Shown here one piece after another: positions 1-9,439 of a stretch of 64,000 bases of DNA; the stretch's first letter is position 1, and each line of letters opens with the position of its first letter. The DNA lies in assembly GCA_964460075.1 (NCBI GenBank), contig CAYWPC010000010.1, positions 3,102 through 67,101 on the forward strand, given 5' to 3'. The DNA comes from an uncultured Acidimicrobiaceae bacterium (lineage in GTDB: Bacteria > Actinomycetota > Acidimicrobiia > Spongiisociales > UBA5794). The translations under genes and the position numbers were made by a program. The notes beneath the pieces were generated by a model. That model saw only the letters and a list, made by a program, of their open reading frames with translations. It was not told the origin of the DNA and made no database searches.

Positions 1-1222
1 TGCGGAGCATGCGCAGACTGTTGTCCCGGCTCTGCATCACAAGCAGGATGATGCCCCTCTCTGACCAGTGCCACACCGAGAGCGACCGCACGAAGGTGAC
101 CGGGTGCCGGAACGCTTCCATGAGGAAGCGGACTTGGCGGGGCATGCCAGGGCGACCGTCGACAAGGATCGTGGCGAGGAGCCCCAGGGCATTCGACCCT
201 CTGCCGTATCGCACAGGCTCGATGTGCGTCTCGACGTTCGGATGCATCGACGACGTAATGGCGATGCCCTCCGAGTAGTCAACATCTCTGCTCCGTGCCA
301 CAGCCCCGACCAATGCCTCGCTGTTGGTGCGCGTCTGGTACCCGACTCGATGTGACAGGCCTGGCAGGCGTCCTCGTTCGGCGAGTTCGAGGAGAAGACG
401 GGTAGTCCCCAGAGCCCCCGCACTGAAGACGACATGAGTCGCCTTGAAGACCCGCCGATGCTTACGAAGCCACGCGCCCGACCGCTGGGTTGTCACGACC
501 CAGCCGTCGCGGTCACTCTCTACATCCACGACCGTGTGCTCGGCGAACACCTGTGCACCGTTGTGCTCTGCGAGGTACAAATAGTTCTTGTCGAGGGTGT
601 TCTTTGCGTTGAAACGGCATCCGACCATGCAGTTTCCACATGCAACACATCCAGAACGCCGCGGCCCATCACCGCCGAAGAATGGATCGGATACTTCGAC
701 TCCCGGCTCGCCAAAGAACACACCCACGGGAGTCGGATGGAACGTGTCGGCCACCCCCATCGATGTCGCAACGCTTCGCAGGATATCGTCCGCTGGCGTG
801 TCGAGCGGGTTCTGCACCACACCAAGCATGCGCTTCGCTGTCACATAATGCGGCGCCAACTCACGCTCCCAATCGGCCATGTCGGCCCACTGAGGATCGG
901 AGTAGAACGGCGCCAGCGGCTCGTACAACGTGTTGGCGTACACCAACGATCCGCCTCCGACGCCTGCACCGGAGAGAACCATCACATCCCTCAGGAGCGA
1001 GATTCTCTGAATGCCCTTCAGGCCGAGCCTTGGGAACCACAGCGACTTGCGAACGTCCCAGTTCGTCCTTGGAAAATCGGAGGTCGCCCAGCGCTTTCCA
1101 GCTTCGAGTACGCCAACGGTGTACCCCTTCTCGGTGAGTCGGTGGGCCGTCACGCTCCCCCCGAAACCCGAACCGATCACGAGGACGTCGAAGGTTTCAC
1201 TGTCGTGTGCGAGTAGCGCCAT
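1..1222 (-). CDS. choD: GMC-family oxidoreductase, cholesterol oxidase (ChoD)-like; 3' end runs off the window
   Basis: Manual translation from ATG 1222: MALLAHDSETFDVLVIGSGFGGSVTAHRLTEKGYTVGVLEAGKRW...GAGVGGGSLVYANTLY...CVACGNCMVGC. It has the FAD-binding GxGxxG motif and closely resembles mycobacterial ChoD. Absent from the ORF track because it is truncated. Confidence 0.85.
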   Translation of the reverse strand, partial: MALLAHDSETFDVLVIGSGFGGSVTAHRLTEKGYTVGVLEAGKRWATSDFPRTNWDVRKSLWFPRLGLKGIQRISLLRDVMVLSGAGVGGGSLVYANTLYEPLAPFYSDPQWADMADWERELAPHYVTAKRMLGVVQNPLDTPADDILRSVATSMGVADTFHPTPVGVFFGEPGVEVSDPFFGGDGPRRSGCVACGNCMVGCRFNAKNTLDKNYLYLAEHNGAQVFAEHTVVDVESDRDGWVVTTQRSGAWLRKHRRVFKATHVVFSAGALGTTRLLLELAERGRLPGLSHRVGYQTRTNSEALVGAVARSRDVDYSEGIAITSSMHPNVETHIEPVRYGRGSNALGLLATILVDGRPGMPRQVRFLMEAFRHPVTFVRSLSVWHWSERGIILLVMQSRDNSLRMLR

Positions 1223-1225
1223 GGT

Positions 1226-1939
1226 CTAGATGAGCGAAGAACCCCACACAGGGAGGAAGGCACCGTTCACAACCTTCGAGCGCTCCGATGCGAGGAAGTC
1301 GATCACCTGAGCGATCTCGTCAGGCTGCGGCCAATTGACGTAGTCGGCATAGGGCAGAGCGGCACGGGTCGCGTCCGTGTTGATCACCGATGGCAGCAAG
1401 GCATTGCACGTCGTGTTCGTGTCGAGTAGCTCGACCGCCACCGATTTCGCAAGAGCCATAACGCCGGCCTTCGCCACGTTGTATGGGGCCTGACCTGCAG
1501 GTGAGTCGACTGCATGCTTTGATCCCATCAGGATGATGCGACCCCAGTCGTGTGACATGTGAGGGATCGCGGCGCGTGTCGTATTCCACGCGGTTCGGAG
1601 ATTGAGATCGAGGATACGATCAAGACGCATATCGGACGTCTCGACGACGTCGCGTCCACCAGCCCAACCGCCGACGAGGGATGCCATGACATTGATGGTT
1701 CCAAATGCCTCAACCGCCTCGGCGAAGAACGCCCCGACGGCTTCGCCATCGACCGCATCGACACGACGAAGGATCAGCCTGTCCTCTTCGAGGTCGAGGG
1801 CCTCTTCGAGTTTGTTGGCCTCCTCAGGGATGAGATACGAGACAGCGACGTTGAAGCCGCGTTCAATGAGGAGCGGGACCAGGCAGTAGCCAACCGAACC
1901 CGTTCCGCCGGGGATGACTGCAACGTTCGCTTCACTCAT
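1226..1939 (-). CDS. Short-chain dehydrogenase/reductase (SDR)
   Basis: PGGTGSVG Rossmann motif and YNVAK catalytic motif; leaderless TAGTGT-N6-ATG start. Confidence 0.9.
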   Translation of the reverse strand: MSEANVAVIPGGTGSVGYCLVPLLIERGFNVAVSYLIPEEANKLEEALDLEEDRLILRRVDAVDGEAVGAFFAEAVEAFGTINVMASLVGGWAGGRDVVETSDMRLDRILDLNLRTAWNTTRAAIPHMSHDWGRIILMGSKHAVDSPAGQAPYNVAKAGVMALAKSVAVELLDTNTTCNALLPSVINTDATRAALPYADYVNWPQPDEIAQVIDFLASERSKVVNGAFLPVWGSSLI

Positions 1940-2026
1940 ACCAACACACTAGCGACACTTTCGACACGGGCAGCAACGGTGGTACGCTCACCTGCACGCC
2001 ACGTAGCCCAGCCCACGGAGGAATCG

Positions 2027-3244
2027 ATGGCTTCCATAAACCTCGAAGACGTCGGAAAGATCTATCCAGATGGCACCCGTGCCGTAGGCCAGGTGAACCT
2101 GACGATCCGAGAGGGTGAGTTCCTGGTACTTGTCGGGCCGTCCGGATGTGGGAAGTCGACCTTGCTCCGCATGATCGCAGGTCTAGAGGAGATCACAGAG
2201 GGCAAGCTCAGCATCGGCGACAAGGTCGTCAACGACGTTCCGCCGAAAGACCGTGACATTGCCATGGTGTTCCAGAATTATGCCCTGTATCCGCATATGA
2301 CCGTCAGGGACAACATGGCGTTCGGTCTCAAGCTGCGAAAGATGCCGAAGAAGGAGATCGAGGAGCGAGTCAGGGAAGCTGCCGAGATCCTGGAGATCAC
2401 CGACTACCTCGAGCGTAAACCGAAGGCACTCTCTGGAGGGCAACGCCAGCGTGTTGCAATGGGGCGCGCCATTGTTCGGGAGCCGAAGGCCTTCCTCATG
2501 GATGAGCCGCTGTCGAACCTCGATGCCAAGCTTCGTGTCCAGATGCGTGCTTCGCTCGGCAGGCTCCATCAGCGACTCGGCACGACGACCGTGTATGTGA
2601 CCCACGACCAGGTCGAGGCGATGACGCTCGGCCACCGTGTGGCTGTGATGCGCCCGGTGTCAGGGAAGCGACCGTACAACTTGCAGCAGGTAGCTGCGCC
2701 GACAGAGTTGTTCAATCACCCGGTGAACCTGTTCGTTGCAGGCTTCATTGGGAGCCCCGCGATGAACATGATGTACGGAACGGTAAGAAAGGAAGGCGAG
2801 CGCTACAGCCTTACCTTCGCAGGGCACACCATCTCGGTTGATCAGGTGGCGGTCGATGCGCATCCCGGTATCGATGACTATCTCGGCAAGGAGATCGTTG
2901 TAGGAATTCGACCTGGAGCCTTCGAGGACGCCAGGGTCGATGGAGCCGCTCCCGGCCGTACGATCCAGGTGACGACGGATGTCAACGAGCTGCTCGGTTC
3001 CGAGTCGTACGTGCACTTCGAACTCGATGCAAAGCCTGTGATCACACCTGACATCGAGGAGCTGCTCGCGGATTCTGGAACCGATGCAGCGTCGCTCGGC
3101 GCCACGACGAGATGCACAGCACGCGTGAACCCGGATGTTCCTGTGCCGGATGGATCCGACGTCGATCTCGTCATCGACACCGCAAAGCTGCATTTCTTCG
3201 ACATTGACAGCGGCGACAAGATCGGTGTCGCGGCGAACCGCTAG
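2027..3244 (+). CDS. msiK: Sugar ABC transporter ATP-binding subunit (MsiK/UgpC family)
   Basis: Start MASINLEDVGK after a GGAGGA RBS; Walker A GPSGCGKS, signature LSGGQRQR, Walker B FLMDEP, C-terminal TOBE-like region. Confidence 0.9.
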   Translation: MASINLEDVGKIYPDGTRAVGQVNLTIREGEFLVLVGPSGCGKSTLLRMIAGLEEITEGKLSIGDKVVNDVPPKDRDIAMVFQNYALYPHMTVRDNMAFGLKLRKMPKKEIEERVREAAEILEITDYLERKPKALSGGQRQRVAMGRAIVREPKAFLMDEPLSNLDAKLRVQMRASLGRLHQRLGTTTVYVTHDQVEAMTLGHRVAVMRPVSGKRPYNLQQVAAPTELFNHPVNLFVAGFIGSPAMNMMYGTVRKEGERYSLTFAGHTISVDQVAVDAHPGIDDYLGKEIVVGIRPGAFEDARVDGAAPGRTIQVTTDVNELLGSESYVHFELDAKPVITPDIEELLADSGTDAASLGATTRCTARVNPDVPVPDGSDVDLVIDTAKLHFFDIDSGDKIGVAANR

Positions 3245-4350
3245 ACCGCCTCGACAACGATCCCGACGGTTTCGAGCTCTGGAAGCAGTTCGGATCCGAC
3301 AACGGCCTCACTCATGGTGCGTACGCCGGGCCTGTGCACCGCTCCATTCGCTATCAGGTCGGCGAGGGCTGTGGCTGGGAAGGCAGTCGTCCGAGCGAGA
3401 GCAGAGAAGTCGCCGCGTTGCGTGTCCTCGATTTGGACGGTGGTCGTGACACCGTTCTGGCGTCGCCACACACGGACGAGGACGAGGTCAGGCGCGCCAC
3501 TAGGAAGGCTTCGGCTCAGTGAGTCCAGGAGGACAGCGCGCGGGGCGACTTCGGTTGCACTTACTCCACGTGCCATCTCGTCGAACAGGCCGAGTTCCAG
3601 CATGGCTCTGAACGTCTGCCCATGGCCAGGGAACCGCAGCGTCTTGTACTCAAGATCTGTGACACGCCCCTGGTGGGTCGTGCACATGGTGGATGTGCCA
3701 CCAGCGGTCGAGAATGCCTCGAGCGGCCCCCAGCGATCCCAGGCAACGTCCTCAAGGCGTGTGAGTGGCTCGACTGTGGTGTACATACCGTTCTCGATGA
3801 CCTCACACGGCTCTGCGTACTCGTTGATGAGTCCCGCGGGGCTGAACGCGAGCTGATACCCCAGAGCGCCCACAGGTATCTGAGGGAGCGCTCCGACGCG
3901 GAGTTGGATGCTCTCGATCGGGCCCTCGTCGGCAGACCGTATGAGGTCCTCACCGAGCACGTTCGCAAGGCCAGGTGCAAGTCCACAATCTGGGACGATC
4001 ATTACCCCAGCAGCAAACGCATCGTCGTGAAGGCGCTTCTGTTCGGCTACAACGGTCGGGTTGCCACCAAAATCCAGGTAGTGCGTCTCGGTCGCTACGG
4101 CTGCCGAGGCGACGCCGACACCGTATCGGTATGGAACTGCGCTCACGACGACCTCGCACGTTTCGAGCAGGTGCCTCACTGCTTGCTCGTCTGCCACATC
4201 GATCGTTACGGGTCGTGCCCCGTAGGCGTGGGCAACGCGTCGGGATGCCTCGATGTCGGCATCTGCGACGATCACGTCGTGGCCCCGCCGCTCGAGGTCC
4301 CACACTGCCGCGGATCCGACGATCCCCGCGCCGAGTACCAGTGTTGTCAT
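3241..4350 (-). CDS. Saccharopine dehydrogenase / lysine 6-dehydrogenase family oxidoreductase
   Basis: LGAGIVG Rossmann motif; DCGLAPGLANV and EAFSTAGGTST-YKTLRFPGH family motifs. Confidence 0.85.
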   Translation of the reverse strand: MTTLVLGAGIVGSAAVWDLERRGHDVIVADADIEASRRVAHAYGARPVTIDVADEQAVRHLLETCEVVVSAVPYRYGVGVASAAVATETHYLDFGGNPTVVAEQKRLHDDAFAAGVMIVPDCGLAPGLANVLGEDLIRSADEGPIESIQLRVGALPQIPVGALGYQLAFSPAGLINEYAEPCEVIENGMYTTVEPLTRLEDVAWDRWGPLEAFSTAGGTSTMCTTHQGRVTDLEYKTLRFPGHGQTFRAMLELGLFDEMARGVSATEVAPRAVLLDSLSRSLPSGAPDLVLVRVWRRQNGVTTTVQIEDTQRGDFSALARTTAFPATALADLIANGAVHRPGVRTMSEAVVGSELLPELETVGIVVEAV

Positions 4351-4359
4351 CGTGTCTCC

Positions 4360-5112
4360 TCAGGGTGTCAATCTCTTGAATATTTCGGCTGGAGCGGTGC
4401 CTAGCCGCTCCCCACTCCTGGCGTGCCAAGTATGGATTCTCTCGATGAACGCCGCCCGCTTAGCGCGGCCGTGCTCGGGGTCTCCCATTGTGGTGAGGCC
4501 CTGAGACGAGTGGCACAACAGCGCCTCGATCTTGCGGTCGGCCCACGATGGTGTGACCGGTTCCGCGTGATCGGGAGCGTCGGCTGACCACAGAAGAATG
4601 GTTGACGGTCGATGTGCAGGGAGGTCGCTGTCTCGGTAGGCGAGCGGCTCGCGTGCCGAGACGACGCCGTCGATTGCGGCCATTCCGGTGGCCCGGTGAT
4701 CCGGATGGAGTTGATACCGCTGCCACGGATCGTGACTGAGCACGATATCTGGGCAATACCTGCGAATTGCGAGTGCTACCTCGCGCCGCAGCTCCATTGA
4801 ATACTCAAGCTCGCCGTCAACGTATCCGAGGTGCTCGCACGTGTCGGCTCCAAGGACCTCTGCTGCGGCGCTCTGCTCTCGCTTCCGCTGATCGATCAAG
4901 GCCTGTGTGTCCTGGCCGGGATCCCACGAGCCTTTTGACCCGTCTGTGACGATCAGCATCGTGATCTCAGCACCGATATCTGCCCACCTGGCGAGCGCTG
5001 CTCCCGCACCGAACTCTGCGTCGTCAGGGTGCGCACCGATCGTGAGCACGCGTGAAGGCTCAACGAGGGGTGAGGTGCGTTCGGAGAGGTCGCTGTAGAG
5101 ATTTGTTGTCAT
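4360..5112 (-). CDS. PIG-L/LmbE family Zn-dependent deacetylase
   Basis: AHPDDAE and HPDH metal motifs; leaderless TACGCT-N6-ATG. Confidence 0.88.
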   Translation of the reverse strand: MTTNLYSDLSERTSPLVEPSRVLTIGAHPDDAEFGAGAALARWADIGAEITMLIVTDGSKGSWDPGQDTQALIDQRKREQSAAAEVLGADTCEHLGYVDGELEYSMELRREVALAIRRYCPDIVLSHDPWQRYQLHPDHRATGMAAIDGVVSAREPLAYRDSDLPAHRPSTILLWSADAPDHAEPVTPSWADRKIEALLCHSSQGLTTMGDPEHGRAKRAAFIERIHTWHARSGERLGTAPAEIFKRLTP

Positions 5113-5152
5113 GGAGGAAGCGTACCTGTCGGACTGTGCTTGGAATGTTGGC

Positions 5153-5719
5153 CTATTGCACGAGGTCGGCGAACGCGGCGAGGTGCTCGGGTGTGTCGAT
5201 GTCGATGCTCAGGGAACGAGAAACCAGTACCCGTGCATGCGGCACCGCAGCGAGATGGCGGTGAAACGACCCGGCACCGTAGGAGAAAGGGAACCTGCCA
5301 TACCCAGAGATGACGTTCGTGCCGCCGTCCTGGCTTGGCACGATAACTGTTGACGTTCTCGCTTCAGATGCAACGGTGGCGATGCTCGATGGCTGCACAA
5401 GGGGGAGGTCGGCGTGGATGACCATCCAAGGCTTGTCGCCACCGCTGGCGACACCGGCCGCTGCAGCAGCTGACAGGCCGTCTCCCGGGTCGTTGCACGT
5501 GGCGACGGATCGTTGAACAGCCCAGCGCCAGACATCGGGTGAGTCCGTTACGACGATGGTTCTGAGACCAGCCTCCAACGTTGCGTCTACGACACGTCCA
5601 GCCAGCATCACGGCGAGCTGGCGGCGTTGGGAAGGGGAGAGGATCGGTGCGAGGCGGGTCATCCCTGAGAAGTCCCGGATCGGTACCACAGCAACGACGT
5701 CGCGGATGTGGTCAGTCAT
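5153..5719 (-). CDS. cofC: 2-phospho-L-lactate/PEP guanylyltransferase (F420 biosynthesis)
   Basis: VVPIRDFSGMTRLAPILS, HADLP, DGGTN and DIDTPEHL motifs typical of CofC. Start moved to ATG 5719 because the ORF-track extension overlaps the upstream gene. Confidence 0.8.
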   Translation of the reverse strand: MTDHIRDVVAVVPIRDFSGMTRLAPILSPSQRRQLAVMLAGRVVDATLEAGLRTIVVTDSPDVWRWAVQRSVATCNDPGDGLSAAAAAGVASGGDKPWMVIHADLPLVQPSSIATVASEARTSTVIVPSQDGGTNVISGYGRFPFSYGAGSFHRHLAAVPHARVLVSRSLSIDIDTPEHLAAFADLVQ

Positions 5720-6164
5720 CCTTGTCTGGAAACTCCGCAAGCTGAATGAGTACTCCGTGCGCTGACCTCGGATGGATGAAGGCTTCCTTCCAGTTCTCCA
5801 AGGTGTCGTCGAACCTGGTGACGAGGAAGCCGAGGGCAACCGCACGCTCGGTGGCTTCGATGATGTCGGTTACCTTGAACGTCAGGTGGTGGAGGCCTTC
5901 TCCACGTTCGTCGATGAACCGCGTGATGAAGTTCGCAGGGTCAGATTCGACCGCGGCGATCAGTTCGAGACGGCCCCAACCCGGCAGGGAGTATTGGATC
6001 CAGCGAAAGTTCTCACCTGGACCAAGTCCACTGTCGAGGTACTCGGCGCCGAGGAGAGAGATGAGCGGCGATACCGAATCGATGTCTCGTACGGCGATCG
6101 AAACGTGGTCGAAGCGCTCTACGACCTCTTCGAGACCCTCGATGGGTGAGGTTGTGTCTGTCAC
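5712..6164 (-). CDS. VOC-family protein (methylmalonyl-CoA epimerase-like)
   Basis: FDHVSIAV, GEGLHHLTFKV and AFIHPRSAHGVLIQLAE motifs. Confidence 0.8.
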   Translation of the reverse strand: MTDTTSPIEGLEEVVERFDHVSIAVRDIDSVSPLISLLGAEYLDSGLGPGENFRWIQYSLPGWGRLELIAAVESDPANFITRFIDERGEGLHHLTFKVTDIIEATERAVALGFLVTRFDDTLENWKEAFIHPRSAHGVLIQLAEFPDKDD

Positions 6165-6970
6165 GGTGTTGCAATCCTTCGCTCATACCATTGCAGGACC
6201 AGGCTGAGAGAGACCGTCAGTGCAAGGTACATGGCTGCGAGGATCATGAACCCTGCAAAGAATTGGAAGCTTCGGCCCGTCCACAGCTTCGTCATCTGCG
6301 TGAGCTCCCGGACGGCGAGAATGGACACCAAAGACGAGTCCTTGAGCAGGGCTATTAGGTCGTTGCCCAACGCAGGCATGACGTTCTTGATGGCCTGAGG
6401 CCACACGATAAGGCGAAACACCTGAACCGTGTTCAGTCCCATCGACATGCCAGCCTCTCGCTGGCCTATGTGCACAGACTCGATGCCTGCACGAAAGACC
6501 TCGGCAATGAACGCGGCGTAGATCAGCCCTACGGCGATCGTCGTTTTGAACGTGTTGGATGCAAAGAACGACTGGGGAGATACTCCGATGAGAGAGATGA
6601 ACCACGGGACGATGACGAGACCGAACATGAATATCGTGACGAGGACCGGAATGCCGCGTATCAGCTCGATGTAGAACGTAGCGAGATTGCGTAGGACGAC
6701 GTTCTCCGACATCCGGCCGAGAGCAACGGCGAGTCCGAGGATCATCGCGACAATGAATCCACCTGCTGTCACAGAGAGGGTGAGGGTGACGCCGTCCTTG
6801 ATGAAGTCGTATCCCTGGTTCCAGGTGTCGTCGGTGAGTAGCTTGAACACAGGGAACGCGATGACCGCGAGGATACCGAGGAACCACCACGGGAATCCAG
6901 ACCACTCGTATCTGACCTTGGCACCCGGTGGCGTGGGATCGGTTCCGATCGATGGTTCGAACGTTGTCAT
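6161..6970 (-). CDS. Polar amino acid ABC transporter permease
   Basis: ELIRGIPVLV and AEVFRAGIESV-GQREAGMSMG (EAA loop); multiple TM segments. Confidence 0.92.
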   Translation of the reverse strand: MTTFEPSIGTDPTPPGAKVRYEWSGFPWWFLGILAVIAFPVFKLLTDDTWNQGYDFIKDGVTLTLSVTAGGFIVAMILGLAVALGRMSENVVLRNLATFYIELIRGIPVLVTIFMFGLVIVPWFISLIGVSPQSFFASNTFKTTIAVGLIYAAFIAEVFRAGIESVHIGQREAGMSMGLNTVQVFRLIVWPQAIKNVMPALGNDLIALLKDSSLVSILAVRELTQMTKLWTGRSFQFFAGFMILAAMYLALTVSLSLVLQWYERRIATP

Positions 6971-7017
6971 CGTGTCCTCGCTATTGGTGAACTGAAGTTA
7001 GTTGATGGGAACGAGCG

Positions 7018-7044
7018 AAGGGGTCGGGTTGAACCCGACCCCTT
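7018..7044. terminator. Perfect 13-bp inverted repeat between the substrate-binding and permease genes (stabiliser or attenuating hairpin)
   Basis: AAGGGGTCGGGTT-G-AACCCGACCCCTT read directly. Its position matches the intercistronic hairpins typical of ABC operons. Confidence 0.7.
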
Positions 7045-7071
7045 GTCGCATTTAGATGGCGAACCGATCGC

Positions 7072-7839
7072 CTATTCCTCGAAGTTGACGAACCACTTCG
7101 TGATCAGTTTTTCCATCGTTCCGTCTGACTTCATGTCTGCAATGGCCGTGTTGACCGCTGCCGTGAGCTCTGAGCCCTTAGGGAAGATGAACCCGAGTGG
7201 GTCAGACTGGAGATCGTCAGCGAGCAGCTTGGTCTGGTCTGCGTTGACGCCGAGATATCCCTGTCCTGCTACATCGTCGATGATCACAGCATCCACGTCA
7301 CCGGCGATCAGTGCCTGCACGGCGACACCGAACTGGTCGAATGCATCGATGCGGGCCTCACCAACGAGCTCTGAGCCGAGCTCGTAGTTGGTTGTGCCCA
7401 CCTGCGTTCCGAGTCGGTAGTCGCCGGACTGGAAATCAGCCAGGTTGGAGAAACGGGTCTCATCAGTGCGAACCATCAGCTTCTGGATCGTGGTCATGTA
7501 CGGATCGGAGTAGTCAACGACTTTCTTGCGTTCATCCGTGATCGAGATGCCGTCGGCCGCGACGTCATACACGCCTTGCCCTGTCTCTTCGATGACCGCT
7601 GGCCAGCCAGCCTCGACGAACGTAGGTTCGCAGCCGATCCGGTTGCAGATCTCAGCGAAGATGTCGTAGTCGAAGCCCGCACCATTTCCGTTGGAGTCGA
7701 TGTAGTTGAACGGTGTGTACGCGTTCTCGACACCGACCTTGATCTCGCCGAAGTCACCGCCGCTGTCGCTGCTGGAGCAGGCCGAAGCGACCAATGCCAG
7801 TGCGAGGGCAACGACGAGGATGCGGATTGTCTTCTTCAT
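7072..7839 (-). CDS. Polar amino acid ABC transporter substrate-binding lipoprotein
   Basis: Start MKKTIRILVVALALALVASAC (lipobox); SBP family 3 motifs YTPFNY, GFDYDI and ISITDERKKVVDYSDPY. Confidence 0.92.
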   Translation of the reverse strand: MKKTIRILVVALALALVASACSSSDSGGDFGEIKVGVENAYTPFNYIDSNGNGAGFDYDIFAEICNRIGCEPTFVEAGWPAVIEETGQGVYDVAADGISITDERKKVVDYSDPYMTTIQKLMVRTDETRFSNLADFQSGDYRLGTQVGTTNYELGSELVGEARIDAFDQFGVAVQALIAGDVDAVIIDDVAGQGYLGVNADQTKLLADDLQSDPLGFIFPKGSELTAAVNTAIADMKSDGTMEKLITKWFVNFEE

Positions 7840-7957
7840 GAATGTGTCCTCCATTGATGTAGCAACCGTGCGCGGATCTACGGTACTCGCTTTTGGTGCG
7901 GTTCGGAAGTGGGTATGTGGGTATGCTCGGATCGCTGTCGGCTCTAATGTGGGTGTG

Positions 7958-9382
7958 ATGCAGCGCAAGACCAAGATCATCGCCACGCTCGGCCCGGCCA
8001 CCGACTCGCGTGACATGATCGAGAAACTCGCTGCACGTGGCATGAATGTCGCGAGGCTCAACTTCTCCCACGGTGAGCACGAAGAGCATGTGAGGCGTTG
8101 CGACCTCGTCCGCCAGGTCGCCTCGGATATGGACGTTTCGATCGCCGTGATGCAGGACATTCAGGGACCCAAAATCCGTGTAGGGACATTTCCCGGTGGA
8201 TCGGCGATTCTCGAATCGGGTTCGGTGGTGCGTCTGCATCCTGGAAGCGGGGATGGAGATCCAGAGAACGTGTACATAGCGTATCTCGAAGATGTCGAGA
8301 TGAGTGTTGAAGGCAAGATCATGCTCGCAGACGGCCTCATCGAACTCGAAGCGACGAAGGTGTCATCTGAGGGCATCACGGCGAAAGTACTCGGAGGAGG
8401 AGAGCTCAAGGATCACAAAGGGGCCTCATTCCCTGGAGCCAGGACACAGATACCGATCGTTACCGCAAAGGATGAGGTAGATCTCGCCCTCGGCGCGCAA
8501 CTCGGCGTCGATCTCGTCGCAGCATCTTTCGTCAACACCGGGCGCGACATTCGCACGGTGCGTGACGTTGTCGGCTCGACACCGATCATCGCGAAGATCG
8601 AGACGGCCCTTGGATACATGAACCTCGACGGGATCCTGGACGAAGCAGCTGGGGCGATGGTGGCCCGAGGCGATCTGGGCGTTGAGCTTTCACTCGAGTC
8701 GGTACCTCGAGCACAGAATGAGATCGTGCACAGAACCAATGCAGCCGCCCGCATATCGATTGTTGCAACGGAGATGCTCGAGTCGATGATCAGCAGCCCG
8801 CGTCCAACGCGTGCAGAGGTGACCGATGTGTATCGATCGGTGATCGACGGTGTCGACGCCGTGATGTTGTCGGCCGAGACCGCAGTCGGTGCGTTTCCGA
8901 CACGCGCTGTTCGACTCATGGCGAACATCTGTGTAGAGGCAGAGAGGTCCGCCGAGTATGGGAGATCGTCAGACATCTCCAATCTGTCACATGGCGCGGT
9001 CTTTGCGTCTGCAACGGCGGAAGCGGCTGTGGACACGGCAGACAGGCTCGGCATTGCGACCATCGTTGCGTTCACCGAGTCAGGTACGACGGCGCGCCTT
9101 CTCGCTAAATACCGTCCGCACGCCCACATTTTCGCGTTTACGCCGATTATCGGCGCGTATCGCCGCATGGCGATGTACGGCGGTGTGACACCGATGCTCG
9201 TCGACCGTGTCGAATCTACAGACGAGATGATCGCCACCGCTGAAGGCGAGCTGCTTCGACGCAGCCTCGTGGATCAGGGAGAAGGCGTCGTCATGGTCGC
9301 AGGTGTCCCACCGAATCAGTTGGCGTCTACGAACCTCATGAAACTGCACGTCGTGGGCTCAGGTGACACACTCGGCAGGTAG
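7958..9382 (+). CDS. pyk: Pyruvate kinase
   Basis: TKIIATLGPA, ARLNFSHG, IAKIET, MVARGDLGVE, ATEMLESM and DAVMLSAETA motifs; start MQRKTK after TAATGT-N7. Confidence 0.97.
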   Translation: MQRKTKIIATLGPATDSRDMIEKLAARGMNVARLNFSHGEHEEHVRRCDLVRQVASDMDVSIAVMQDIQGPKIRVGTFPGGSAILESGSVVRLHPGSGDGDPENVYIAYLEDVEMSVEGKIMLADGLIELEATKVSSEGITAKVLGGGELKDHKGASFPGARTQIPIVTAKDEVDLALGAQLGVDLVAASFVNTGRDIRTVRDVVGSTPIIAKIETALGYMNLDGILDEAAGAMVARGDLGVELSLESVPRAQNEIVHRTNAAARISIVATEMLESMISSPRPTRAEVTDVYRSVIDGVDAVMLSAETAVGAFPTRAVRLMANICVEAERSAEYGRSSDISNLSHGAVFASATAEAAVDTADRLGIATIVAFTESGTTARLLAKYRPHAHIFAFTPIIGAYRRMAMYGGVTPMLVDRVESTDEMIATAEGELLRRSLVDQGEGVVMVAGVPPNQLASTNLMKLHVVGSGDTLGR

Positions 9383-9439
9383 TCACCATGCGACCGGCAC
9401 GTCGGTGGGAACGATCCGATGCGTCTTGGCTATCGGCCG

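Noticed and set aside
1946-1966. RecA-NDp-like promoter for the SDR gene
   Set aside because: The spacing is one base short (TGTC-N11-TA) and the gene has no repair function.
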